64,000 bases of DNA from positions 49,228,001 to 49,292,000 of the forward strand of contig NC_043008.1 in NCBI RefSeq assembly GCF_006345805.1. The letters are read 5' to 3'. Made by a program: the position numbers and the translations under genes. Origin of the DNA: Octopus sinensis. Lineage: Eukaryota. Shown here piece by piece: positions 12,516 through 23,949 of the stretch (position 1 is its first letter; each line of letters starts with the position of its first letter). Under the pieces are notes generated by a model that ran no database searches, had not been told where the DNA came from, and worked only from the letters and a program-made list of their open reading frames with translations.

Positions 12516-12967
12516 ATTAAAATCTTTCATACAAACTTCATCATCATTTTTTTATAGTCATCTTTGATGCTGGCATAGGTTGGATCATTCAACAGAATCC
12601 AGCAGATCAGAAGGCCACATTTTTCTCCAATATCTCAAATTCTGACATGGTTTCTATTACCAGATGCCCTTCCTAACACCAACCACTTTACAGATAGCAA
12701 CTGAGTGCTATTTGCAAGGCACCACCACTAATGAGGCTGTCTTGTTGTAAGCAAGACTAAATAGACCTTTCCACCCAGCTCAGTTTGACAACCACTTTAC
12801 AGAGTGGACTAGGTGAGGTTCACTTGTAACTAGTAAAAGCCTCTAAGACTTAAATGCTTCAAATCTGGAGGGGGGAGGGGCAGTTGTTTTGTTTTGGTTT
12901 AATTTATTATTTTTTTAATTAACTTTATATATTTTTTTAAAACTATGTTTCACAATACAAAAATAAA
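12516..12967 (+). promoter_or_regulatory. Candidate poly(A) signals of the NMRK gene (ATTAAA ~12516, AATAAA 12962-12967)
   Basis: Hexamers downstream of the stop codon; actual usage unknown. Confidence 0.35.
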
Positions 12968-13056
12968 GAAACTAATACAGTTCTATATTTAAGAGATGAG
13001 GAATTATGTACATTATTTGCAATTGATGGATATTTGTCCTCATCTTGTTTGTTGTT

Positions 13057-13101
13057 AACACAATGTTTCAGCTGATATACCCTCCAGCATTCATCAGGTG
13101 C
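13057..13101 (-). ncRNA. Minimal type I hammerhead motif, mirror copy (helix III G to A)
   Basis: Reverse complement: GCAC-CTGATGA-at-GCTG..CAGC-t-GAAAC-ATT-GTGTT. Confidence 0.7.
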
Positions 13102-13149
13102 ATTGGGGAAATTTCGAACCTGGGTTCTCATTCCTAAGGTATTTTTCGA

Positions 13150-13190
<41 letters not shown>

Positions 13191-13403
13191 TCACTGCCTG
13201 GAATCGAACTCGGAGTCTTGGGGTTAGTAGCCCGTGCTTTTAACCACGGGCATATAGCGCAGTGGTTAAGAGTGCAGGCTACTAACCCCAAGATTCCAAG
13301 TTTGATTCCAGGCAGTGACCTGAATAATAATAATAATAATAATAACAACAACAACATAGAAAAATTCCTTAGGAATGAGAACCCAGGTTCGAAATTTCCC
13401 CAA

Positions 13404-13449
13404 GACACCTGATGAATGCTGGAGGGTATATCAGCCAAAACGTTGTGTT
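13404..13449 (+). ncRNA. Minimal type I hammerhead motif, degenerate (GAAA to AAAA)
   Basis: GACAC-CTGATGA-at-GCTG..CAGC-c-AAAAC-GTT-GTGTT; helix I gacac/gtgtt, palindromic helix III AACGTT. Confidence 0.7.
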
Positions 13450-14449
13450 AACAACAAACAAGATGAGAACAAATATCCATCAATTGTAAATAATGTAAAG
13501 AAACTAAGTTTTGTAACCTAATTTATTCTTCAGCTGAAATTAATTCAGTTCATTTACGTTATTTATATGTTCAGAAATGGCATGAACATCACAGCCTCTG
13601 ATTCCTCTCCTGATATAAATTTGTGGCCTTTCATCTACTCAGAAATACAAACCAGTAAAACCAGCAGTAGCAGTAGTAGTAGTAGTAGTAGTAGTAGTAG
13701 GGGGGGTATGTGCTGTAACAACTCATCGCTGCATCCTCCTTTTGTTGGTGATTCCCTCCTGGTGGATGACACCTTTGCACTACTCCAACCAATGGGTCTG
13801 AGTAGTTGTTGTTGGTGAGGGTTTTATGATGTTGGAGTACGAATCCTACCTCAACCTCTTTTAGTTTTTTATGACACACAGAAGAAATGTTGCAGCTATT
13901 CCTTGACATGCCGGTCCCCACACGGCACAAGAGCTGCTTCAAATGAAGTGCTTTGTTCAAGAACACAACACACTACCTGGTCTGGGAATTGAACCTACTA
14001 TCAGGTGATTGTGAACGTAACATCCTAACCACTGAGCCACTTGCTTTCACGGAGGAGATCGTTTCATCCTTTTGATGTTCGCTCTTCCGCACCAACAGGT
14101 AGGATGAGACCTTTTAAGGCAGCATTTTACAGTTGACTGCCTTTTACGACTTCAGCTCTTTTTATCACCTCTTACAACACACAGGTAACATGCTGTGCCT
14201 GAACTAAAAACTGGGATATACAACAGAGGACATGATAATATTGGTTTCAAATTTTGGCACAAGGCCAGCAACTTCAGGGGAGGGGATAAGTTGATTACAT
14301 CAACTGCAGAGTTTAACTGGGACTTCTTTTATCGACCCCAAAAGGACGAAAGGCAAAGGCGACTTCAGCAGAATTTGAACTCAGATGGACGAAATACTGC
14401 CGAGCACTTGGCCCAACATGCTAACCGTTCTGCCAGTTCACTGCCTTAT

Positions 14450-14785
14450 AAAAGAAAGTGGCACTCCGTCACTTACGGCAACGACAAGGGTTCCAGTTGA
14501 TCCAATGGAACAGCCTGCTCGTGAAATTAACATGCAAGCGGCTGAGTATTCCACGGACATGTGTACCCTTAATGTAGTTCTCGGGGAAATTCAGAGTGAC
14601 ACAGAATGTGACAAGGTTGACCCTTTTTTAATTACAGGTACGACTCATTTTTTCCAGGTGAGTGGACTTGAGCAATATGAAATAAAGTGCCTTGCTCAAG
14701 GACACAACACATTGTCCGGAATTGAACTCACAACCTTAGGAACATGAGCCGAATGCCCTAACCACTAAGCCATGCACCTTCACTT
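14450..14785 (-). mobile_element. tRNA-derived SINE family C
   Basis: Minus strand tggcttagtggttag A box, gttcaattcc B box, ccttgagcaaggcact core; related piece at 13940-14050. Confidence 0.7.
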
Positions 14786-15021
14786 CACTGCTTTATATGG
14801 TAATATTGGTATGCTGTATTTGATGTCTAGAAATGTGGATAACCAGAACTGTGGAATTATTATGAGACACAGCAAAGAGGAACCGTCCAACCCTTGCTAG
14901 CATGGAAAACGGACATTAAACGATGATGATGATGATATACATATACATACATCATAATTTAACATTCATTGCCCATACCAGCATGGACAACGGACGTTAA
15001 ACGATGATGTATATATGTATG

Positions 15022-15052
<31 letters not shown>

Positions 15053-15054
15053 AT

Positions 15055-15350
15055 GTATGGCTACCTAACAGTTCGACACCACTCCTTTCCACATACATCA
15101 CTCACTTAAATACAAACATACACACAGAGGCCATTATAACACTCTGCTCTCTTAGAAACTCCTTTCTCTTTCTCTCTCCACTTCCGGCCATTTCAGCCAT
15201 GTAACCACACATGTGCTTGGACTTCTTTCCCATCTCTCCAGACTTTCTTCTCTCCTCTTTCTGACAAAGAGGCCATACTCAAAATATTATACACTCACTC
15301 TTTTCCCCATCTTCCACTGAGCATCAACCTAACACATTCCATGTGTATGT
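15055..15350 (+). mobile_element. Degenerate Penelope-like terminal fragment with decayed hammerhead motif (15261-15288)
   Basis: CTGACAA-aGAG gccata CTC-AAAAT-ATT fits CTGACGA..GAAACGTT after CpG-type transitions; probably related piece at 30890-30970 (-). Confidence 0.45.
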
Positions 15351-15436
15351 CATTCCATGTGTATGTCATACACATTCCTTTTGAATTTTGTTATTTTGTT
15401 ATTTGTTAATTTTAATTTTCGATTTGCCTAATATAT

Positions 15437-15660
15437 AGGCGCAGGAGGTGGCTGTGTGGTAAGTAGTTTGCTTACCAACCATATGGTTCCGGGTACAGTC
15501 CCACTGCGTGGCACCTTGGGCAAGTGTCTTCTACTATAGCCTCGGGTCGACCAAAGCCTTGTGAGTGGATTTGGTAGACGGAAACTGAAAGAAGCCCGTT
15601 GTATATATATATGTATGTGTGTGTGTGTATGTTTGTTCCCCCAGCATCGCTTGACAAAAG
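15437..15660 (+). mobile_element. SINE family A, young copy
   Basis: tggctgtgtggtaag A box; ccttgggcaagtgtctt core; CpGs largely retained. Confidence 0.85.
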
Positions 15661-15739
15661 CAAAAGACTATATATACACACACACACACATACACATGCG
15701 CACACACACATACACACATAAGAAATCAGATGAGAGAGG

Positions 15740-15810
15740 CTCTGATGAAACTATAAGTTGTTATGTTAACAATGAGTCCACTGCATCTTATTCACGAAAC
15801 AGCTGTAAGA
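15740..15810 (+). ncRNA. Hammerhead-like motif with palindromic helix III
   Basis: ct-CTGATGA...c-GAAAC-AGCT-GTA-ag; helix I only 2 bp. Confidence 0.5.
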
Positions 15811-16103
15811 TAATGGAGTTCATAAAATAACTGTATTCCTTTGTCATCTCTTTCTTTTTTTTTTCCTATTACCACTCTGTACCCGATTAAACACATCGTT
15901 CAGAAGCACATACATACAGAGTTCTACACCAAGTTATTAATCCCCGCAATGCCTGAATGAAATGTGTGTGTGTGTATACATATATTTATATGTATGTGTT
16001 TGTGGTTTTACTCTTTATCTTATATTAAACTTTTAATACTTTTTGATAGTTATATATAAATAAAAAAAATAATAAATAATTAAATAAATTAAATAATAAT
16101 AAT

Positions 16104-16150
<47 letters not shown>

Positions 16151-16438
16151 AAAATTATAAGTATAAATTATTAATTTAAATCATTTTTTAAATTTTAACT
16201 TTAATTTAAATATTTTAAATTTTGAATTTTATATTTTATATATTTTTTATTAATTAATTTTATTTCTATGTATTGGTTTATGATTTTCACTGTTTGATTT
16301 GCCTAATAGTGGTTTTATCTCTAATTTAATATATATTTATACTATAAAATTAGATTTAATCCTAAATCTAATTTTTCCCTATAAGTTTGGATTTATTCCC
16401 TAATATTATTATTATATATATATGTATGTGTTTGTATG

Positions 16439-16469
<31 letters not shown>

Positions 16470-16499
16470 ATGTATAGCTAACCCAAAAATTAACTAAGT

Positions 16500-16560
16500 C
16501 TACTGGAGGAATAAAGGTAGAATGAGGTATTTTTGCCTCTTGCCTGAAACAGCTGTAAGT
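16500..16560 (+). ncRNA. Degenerate hammerhead-like motif
   Basis: aggtag/ttgcct and gaggta/tgcctc stems followed by GAAAC-AGCT-GTA-agt; 5' core damaged (ctggagga). Confidence 0.4.
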
Positions 16561-16714
16561 TATTTTCCCAATTTGTATCCCTTTATGTTATATTGTAATA
16601 ACTATTGTTATCTTTATATATTAATACATTTTATATTTTATATGTAAAACATATGTTATACATGTATGTATATTCTTGTAATTACCACCCATTGATCCCC
16701 TCCATTTTCTTATT

Positions 16715-16750
<36 letters not shown>

Positions 16751-17161
16751 ATATATATATATATTGAAAAAAAGTCATCAGAATTTTGGAAAGAACTTTT
16801 TTTTCATTTTTATATCTTCATTTTCATTTGTCTTTCGAACTTGTCAAATACAATTCTGTGAATATACAGATAATTTGCTTATTTATATAGAACAGATGTT
16901 TGGGGGGGGGGGGTATAAGAGAACATTGTTTTAATTTTATTTTTTAGGGGCGAGGCTTTGAAGACAATAGAAGATAGATAGATAGACAGATAGAAAGATG
17001 GGTAGAGTAAAAGATAGGGGCTATTCATTTTCCTATCCACCACTTTTCATTGTATTGAAATGGTCTTTTTAAGGATTGTTATAAAAATAAAAAAATAAAT
17101 AAAAGTAAAAACTTGTTTACTACTTACACCATTGTTTTGAAATGGTTAAAAACCATTTCAA

Positions 17162-17196
<35 letters not shown>

Positions 17197-17281
17197 AGTA
17201 TGTATGTATGAGTGTGTGTGTGTAATATATATACCAAGAAAGTTAGGGGTTGTGGGTCCAACCCACTAAGGGATAATATTT

Positions 17282-17318
<37 letters not shown>

Positions 17319-18879
17319 GTTTATATATATATCTGAAGGATTAAAATCAATGAAAGGATATGCTAAGTATGCCTACCTGCTGGAAATAACAGTCAAAACT
17401 CTTTATTTAAATTACCAAAAAAACTGATGATAACTACAGAAATCAAGTCTGCAGGCAAAACAGGCTGGGACAGTCTCTCAGCATACACTCAAGTATTTGG
17501 ACTCACGCCGATCAGTTTCTGGACTGGCATTATAGCCTCACCTTCCTCAGCACACAATACCATGATGGAGAGCCCCAACCCCTCATGTTGAAGTCTGCCC
17601 TGCAATTGATTCATTTTGCGCTGAAACATGGCAGCCACCACCTGAATTATTTGCTCTATATGTGTGTGTGTGTGTGTGTGTGTGTATGAGTATATGTGTG
17701 TACATATAGATATGTGTGTATATATGTATGAGTATATGTGTATGCATATATGTATGCATGCATATATATATATGAGTGTATATATATATATATGTATGCA
17801 TGCATAAAAGTATGAGTATACATGTATATATATATGTGTGTGTACATATATATATATATATTTACACACGTACACACACATACACTCATCAGACTTCTTT
17901 GAGTTTTTGTCTACTCACACGTCTATTCCCAAGGCTTTGGCCAGCCTGGAGCTACAGTAAAAGATATTTGCCCCTCGTGTCTCACAGCGGACTAAATGTA
18001 AAACCATGTGGTTGTGAAACGAACTTCTTAACCATTTTCAGGCTGATGGACGGCCTTGTAAGATGGACAGCCTTGCCTACGTCTTCCTATTACAACCGGA
18101 AAATGAGAAGGGCAAAGGTAAAAATAGAAGACAATATGAGAGTGAAATTGAGAAAAAGTATCAGCAATTCCCAGATCTGTGGGAAAACTTGAGTGTGTGA
18201 CATATTCTAATATAATAAACACACTTAGATATAAAGAACCATGACGCCTTCAGTATCCTGAATATATCTGGATGAAATTACTCACTCTCTAATTACAGGA
18301 TAATTAGACGTTGAAGTGTCACTCAAAACTGAGTAAATAAACTATTGAATGTCTCATATATCTTGAGGTCAACTGTATTCTATACAACTTGGATTTCATT
18401 TTGTACTTGGGCAAGACACTTAACTCCTCTGATCTATTTAACTGCCTAAATCAGTCGTCCTTAATTCTTTTGATATCTGAGCCACAATGAAAAACAAGTA
18501 AAACATCTTAGTTGATTAAAGAAGAATCTATATTTATAAAGAGATGACCATCGCAGAGGCCACGTGTAACCCTTGGAGCTGTGGTTGACAATGATTGGCC
18601 TAGATCTCTGTAATGTGAGATTTCCATGTAATTGTTTGTTGTTTTGTTGTGAACATTCAATGCTGAAAAAAAAATCAAACAGCGTTTCCACTCTGTGTGA
18701 TGTGTGTGGATATGTGGGTACATGCAGATATGCATGTGTATGAGTGTGTGCGTGTGCATATTTATATGAGAGAGATAGTGCATGTGTGTATATGTGTGAA
18801 TTGTGTGGGCACATGCACTTATGCACATGTGTGTGTGTGCTGTTTTAGCTAATAGAAACATTAAAAGCACAATTTAAGT

Positions 18880-19095
18880 GTGGTCAATGCCAGTACCATC
18901 TGACTGGCCCTTGTGCCAGTGGCACGTAAAAAGCACCCACTACACTCTTGGAGTGGTTAGTGTTAGGAAGGGTATCCAGCTGTAGAAACCTTGCCAGATT
19001 CAGATTGGAGCTTGATACAGCCTTCAGGCTTGCCAGTCCTCAGTCAAACCATCCAACCCATGCCAGCATGGAAAGCGGACATTAAATGATGATTA
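18880..19095 (+). mobile_element. Non-autonomous RTE-tail element
   Basis: aggaagggtatccagctgtagaaac...ccaacccatgccagcatgg...(GAT)n; same tail at 2770-2895, 48550-48705 and 54660-54900 (-). Confidence 0.7.
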
Positions 19096-19111
19096 TTATT
19101 ATTATTATTCA

Positions 19112-19327
19112 TAAGGTGACGAGCTGGCAGAAATGGTAGCATGCCAGGCGAAATGCTTAGCAGTATTTCATGTGTCTTAATGTTCTGAGTTCAAATTCTG
19201 CTGAGGTCAACTTTGCCTTTCATCCTTTCAGAGTCAATAAATTAATACCAGTTGCATACTGGGGTCAATCAAATCGACTGGCCCCCTCCCCCAAAATTTC
19301 AGGCCTTGTGCATAGAGTAGAAAAGGC
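19112..19327 (+). mobile_element. SINE family B
   Basis: Head plus conserved core, CpG-decayed. Confidence 0.8.
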
Positions 19328-19340
19328 TATTACTATTATT

Positions 19341-19894
19341 GAGTGAGAGAGCAGTGCATGCCATCAAAGTGACACTGGGGTAAAATATACGAAGCCCAGT
19401 ATACCCATCATGACCACCCGTCTGATAAGGGTACACTAGGCACATGCATCACAACCATATGTGCGTGACATGGTGATCTCATATCAAGATAAACAGCACA
19501 TGACCTTACAGGTGGGGCCCAGTTAAAATTTTCTTCTGGTCTAGTAATCCATCCCGCTCAAAAGATCCCTGAATAAGGGTTGTTTAAGGATGTTGAAAGA
19601 ACTACCCATGTTTCCAGAGGTGAATTATTCAACCCCCAAAGAATTTCTCTCAACATATGGCTATGATGTTCCCCCTCTACTTCTGCTCATGATCAGAGAT
19701 AGACATACCATCAGCCACCAAGGGACATGGTCAACTGGTTATGGTCAAATAACTGACAAGCAAATCTGTGGCGTTGAGCAGAATATTTGCTGTAGGCCAT
19801 CTTTTATACCAAGACAAAACAATGTACATGATAACACTTCCAATCAGTTAAGATCAGAAGCCATGAGAGCCACTGCCTGGTACTGCATCAGGGC

Positions 19895-19897
<3 letters not shown>
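19341..19897. mobile_element. ~560-bp non-coding segment embedded in (ATT)n on both sides
   Basis: tattactattatt|gagtg ... gggcatt|tattattatt; no convincing ORF; repeat status inferred. Confidence 0.5.
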
Positions 19898-19938
<41 letters not shown>

Positions 19939-20420
19939 GTAGTAGTAGTAGTTTATTTGAACTTCATGTTAACGCATGCCATCTGCTGTATATTATAACA
20001 ATCGTGTTAACAGCCATCATAGGTTATCTGCTTCTTCATATGGAGAACTGATCCAGCACGATGCTGCTGCTTCTCTTCTTCTTCTTCTTCCTCCACTTCT
20101 GCCACCACCACTATCATTATCGTCATCATTGTTAGTGACCACCACCACCCAATTAGACAGCTGTGATTATCATCAGCAGTAGCAACACCACCACCACCAC
20201 CACCATCGTCACAACCACCGCTATCATTATTATCAATCATTATCATCACCACTGTCATCATTCGTGTCATCGTTGACATCATCACCACCAGTATCATCAT
20301 CATCATCATCATCAGTCTGAAGCCAGAATCTAGAACAGGACCAATCACACCATCATTTGTGTCACTCCTTAGTTTGTTTCTTTTCTTTTTTATTTTTCAG
20401 TAAAAAAAAAACACTGACAT

Positions 20421-20456
<36 letters not shown>

Positions 20457-21154
20457 CACACACACACACACACACACAAATAAGCATACACATACACAAC
20501 AACAATAGAAAGCACCCACATTAATGCATGCATCTGCACACACACATACAGACGTACATATACATGCATGTGCACACACACACACAGACACCACGGAAAA
20601 GAAGATGTCGTCTCTCCACCAGGACATGCCATTGGGGGGAAAAAAAGCCATTGAAATAAGATGAAGAAAAGAAGCACTCTTGACAATAAGTGGCCATTGT
20701 CTTGAATGCTGCAGGAGAACTACTTGGAAATCAAGGTTAGATCATATTTATGTGTTAACGTTGGCAGGAGAGACAGTTGGGTCTCCAGTTTCAAAAGTTA
20801 CTGTCAGCATGCTCATCAGCATCATCATCATCACGTGTCATTGCTATTGTCATCATCACCATCATAATTATCATCATCATAACCCATTTCATGACCATCA
20901 TCATCATCATAACTGTTGTCATCATCATCATCATCATCATTGCCATCATTGTTTTTGTAGCCTTGGTCATTCTCTGATTAAATCCTTCAGAACTGAGATC
21001 GAACACAGTGGACTTGAAGCACCAAAAGGAAAGCATCGACTGATTGATAATTCTCTCCATAATTTTTCAGTCTATATCCAGAAATGTCAACTTTTCCATT
21101 CCATTTTTTCATGGATCTTAAAGCTCTAATGGCCACTGGTATTATTTTGGTCAA

Positions 21155-21540
21155 GTCGGTGAGCTGGCAGAATCGTTAGCACGCCGGGCAAAATGCTTAG
21201 CGGTATTTCGTCTGCCGCTACGTTCTGAGTTCAAATTCCGCTGAGGTCGACTTTGCCTTTCATCCTTTCGGGGTCGATTAAATAAGTACCAGTTACGCAC
21301 TGGGGTCGATATAATCAACTTAATCCGTTTGTCTGTCCTTGTTTGTCCCCTCTGTGTTTAGCCCCTCGTGGGTAGTAAAGAAATAGGTATTTCGTTTGCT
21401 ACTACGTTCTGAGTTCAAATTCCGCCGAGGTCGACTTTGCCTTTCATCCTTTCGGGGTCGATAAATTAAGTACCAGTTGCGTACTGAAGTTGATCTAATC
21501 GACTTGCCCCCTCCCTAAAAATTTCGGGCCTTGTGCCTAT
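21155..21540 (+). mobile_element. Tandem SINE family B (head-body-body), CpG-intact
   Basis: Core duplicated at ~21200-21390 and ~21390-21540. Confidence 0.85.
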
Positions 21541-22026
21541 TATAAATGCAAACGAGTAAATTCACATTTAATCATTCCCAGGGGATCTGTACGGACCACT
21601 TTGAGAAGCCCTGATGTAAATAAAGGGAGTATCAGTAAATAAGAAATATAAGAGTCGATAGATAACAATATGAATATCAAGTGACTTAGTTTATAAATCT
21701 TACAATAAATAATTTAAGGGGATAAAAAACCATGAATGAGATGACGAATAAGTTTATTTATATGGAACGAAATAAAGGACAGAAACATTTTAAAGTTACA
21801 TTTTCAAATAAAAAGGAAACTTCTATACATTAAAAATAATTAAAAAATCTGATTTAAATTGGTTTTACATGCGAGTGTTTTAATCTGAAGATAAACTATC
21901 TCTTAGAATTTCTTGATATTGCTTTGTTTTGGGGTCTTGTTTTGCAGTAAACATTTGTGGTTTTAATGATTACGTCCTTGCATAACTTCTGTACACATCT
22001 GAGTGAAGAGGTGGGGTAATAATCAA

Positions 22027-22385
22027 GGGGCATACCTGCAGTTTAGTGCCCCACTCCTTCCATCTTTGTTTCCTTGTAACTTTCTGTGAAGATGTGTAAT
22101 TTTTAATGAAATTTTCCAGTAATACGTTTTCGAGTGTATAGATAGATTACGATTAAGAGGGGTTGAAAATTATTCCTTCCTTTCTGCCAACGTCGTTACG
22201 ACCAATCCCTCGTAATTTTAGTAGCTTTTTTTCACTTTTTTTTTCGGATTAACCTGTTTCAAACATCAATGTTATGAAATTAATACTCTCGAAAACGTAT
22301 TTATATGAAATGTCGTTTAAAAATATGTATTTTAAAAGAAAGTTATGAAGAAACAAGGTTGGGGAATGTAGAGGTGATTGCAGCT
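22027..22385. mobile_element. Diverged foldback/MITE element; related copy 26620-26998
   Basis: Long imperfect inverted repeats; shared taatttttaatgaaattttc motif. Confidence 0.55.
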
Positions 22386-22499
22386 CGAAACCCTGATATC
22401 TCAGGAACAAGAAAAAGGCCACGTGTCAGGTGATATTGCCCTGAATTCCAACCAGCCATATAACAGGTGCATTCGTGATTGCATGATTTGAATGGAAAG

Positions 22500-22870
22500 T
22501 TCCACGCAGTTTCCGCTAAAATATGGTAATAAATGCAGACGCGCTTCTCGACAGGATCTGTTCACAAAGCCGTGCTTATGGATGTGTTGACTGATGTAGT
22601 TTTGTCAAGGACCAAGTTCTGCCGACGGTGTATGGAATGCTTGTGCTTGGCTACAGTTCAACTATTCCAAGCAAGGGGCCTTGTCTTCTACAGCAGAAGG
22701 GCTCCCTGAGTTTGATTTGTTTTCGAGGTTAGTGTCACGTCCTTTGAAATGTCCGAACCATTTTTGTGCCACACGTTCGAGTGACAGTTACTGGACATTC
22801 CACATCATTAATTTCTTTTGCCGCTGTCCTTGCACCCAGTCTTTCTTTCCAGGTAGAACTGGAATACGGC
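22500..22870 (-). pseudogene. Mariner transposase fossil (N-terminal HTH region)
   Basis: GARTAAKEINDVECPVTVT.RVAQKWFGHFKG.DTNLENKSNSGSPSAVED, cf. mariner KWFKRFKSGD.SLED.PRSGRP. Confidence 0.8.
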
Positions 22871-23949
22871 TGAGTAGCTCTGTGGTCAGTGAATAGACCT
22901 TAGAAGGTCTATAGCCTAAAGACCAGGAATAATGAATGCTGGCCTATTTATAGCCTGTGGTAGGCTCAAATGAAGGATCAGAAAAAACAGTGTCACGAGA
23001 TCTTATCCAAAGGCCGTGATTGGTTGGCTTACACACTGGCGCGAAATAAGTCCAAAGACAAACTGTGCCAAATGCCAACCAATCAGAGCAGTGGACACAA
23101 CAGGGTCAAACTAGCCAAAGATGGTTGTAATCTCAAACGTGATCATTCCTAATGTGTCTCTCAAACAGAGAGGATATCAGTCACGCTACAATACAAATTG
23201 CCAAAATATCACCAGTGAAAATCCGAAAAAACTTTTGATTCAACCTGGTAAAATATATATACATTCTATACATGGTTTTGAAATTATAAAGATGTTACTT
23301 CTGATCTATTTACTTCAATTTTTTTTTGGTAAACCCCTGAAGTACATATCAATCTGATAGAGTATGATTTTGAGAGAGTTTTGGGTGTTATTTCTAGCAA
23401 GTCGATCAACCGCATAGAAATTTCCTCATTACCTCAGTGGTGACAGCAGATTAAAAACAGTGAGTACAAACATGGAGTTCAAATGTAAGGTTGTGAGTAT
23501 CTCTCGTCACACTTTACATTGAGGAGACAGCAGATGAAAATAATGATGATGATGATGATGATAATAGTAATAATAATAATAGTTGTAATAATAATAATAG
23601 TAATAATAATAATAATAGTAATAATAATAGTAATAATAGTAATAATAGTAATAATAATAATAATAATAGAAAGAAGGAAGGAGGGGGAGACTGGTTGCTG
23701 GTGTTGGAGATGGCATCGTCCTCTCAGACCCTGTGACAATGAATCATTTGATGGCAATTATCTCATTTTCTGATGACATGTGACGGCGACAGGAAGTTGG
23801 AGAGGACAGAATGCAGCAGCAACAACAACAGGAATTGGTTGAGGAGTGTATCAAAAAAGACAAATTCAGTTTGCTAGAGAAAAAAAACAAAATTGCTAAA
23901 CTTTCATAATCTTTTAAATCGTGAAATTTTCTAGAGAAATAAAGTTACA

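Larger units (their letters stand above)
12976..13495. mobile_element. Palindromic head-to-head retroelement: tRNA-like head + (AAT)n + Penelope-type hammerhead motif, flanked by a direct repeat (TSD)
   Basis: ~240-bp inverted arms centred near 13250; taaagaaactaa at 12964-12975 and 13496-13507; A box TAGCGCAGTGG, B box GTTCGATTC; CTGATGA...GAAAC cores. Confidence 0.85.

Noticed and set aside
13248-13320. Functional tRNA gene (anticodon ACT)
   Set aside because: Poor acceptor-stem pairing, damaged B box in this arm, no poly-T terminator; it is the head of the repeat
17424-17450. CTGATGA...GAAAT hammerhead (similar hits at 7852, 23770, 58204)
   Set aside because: No stem II or helix I pairing
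19590-20051. 153-aa ORF
   Set aside because: Lies in the (TAA)n-embedded element and runs into microsatellite; no recognisable motif
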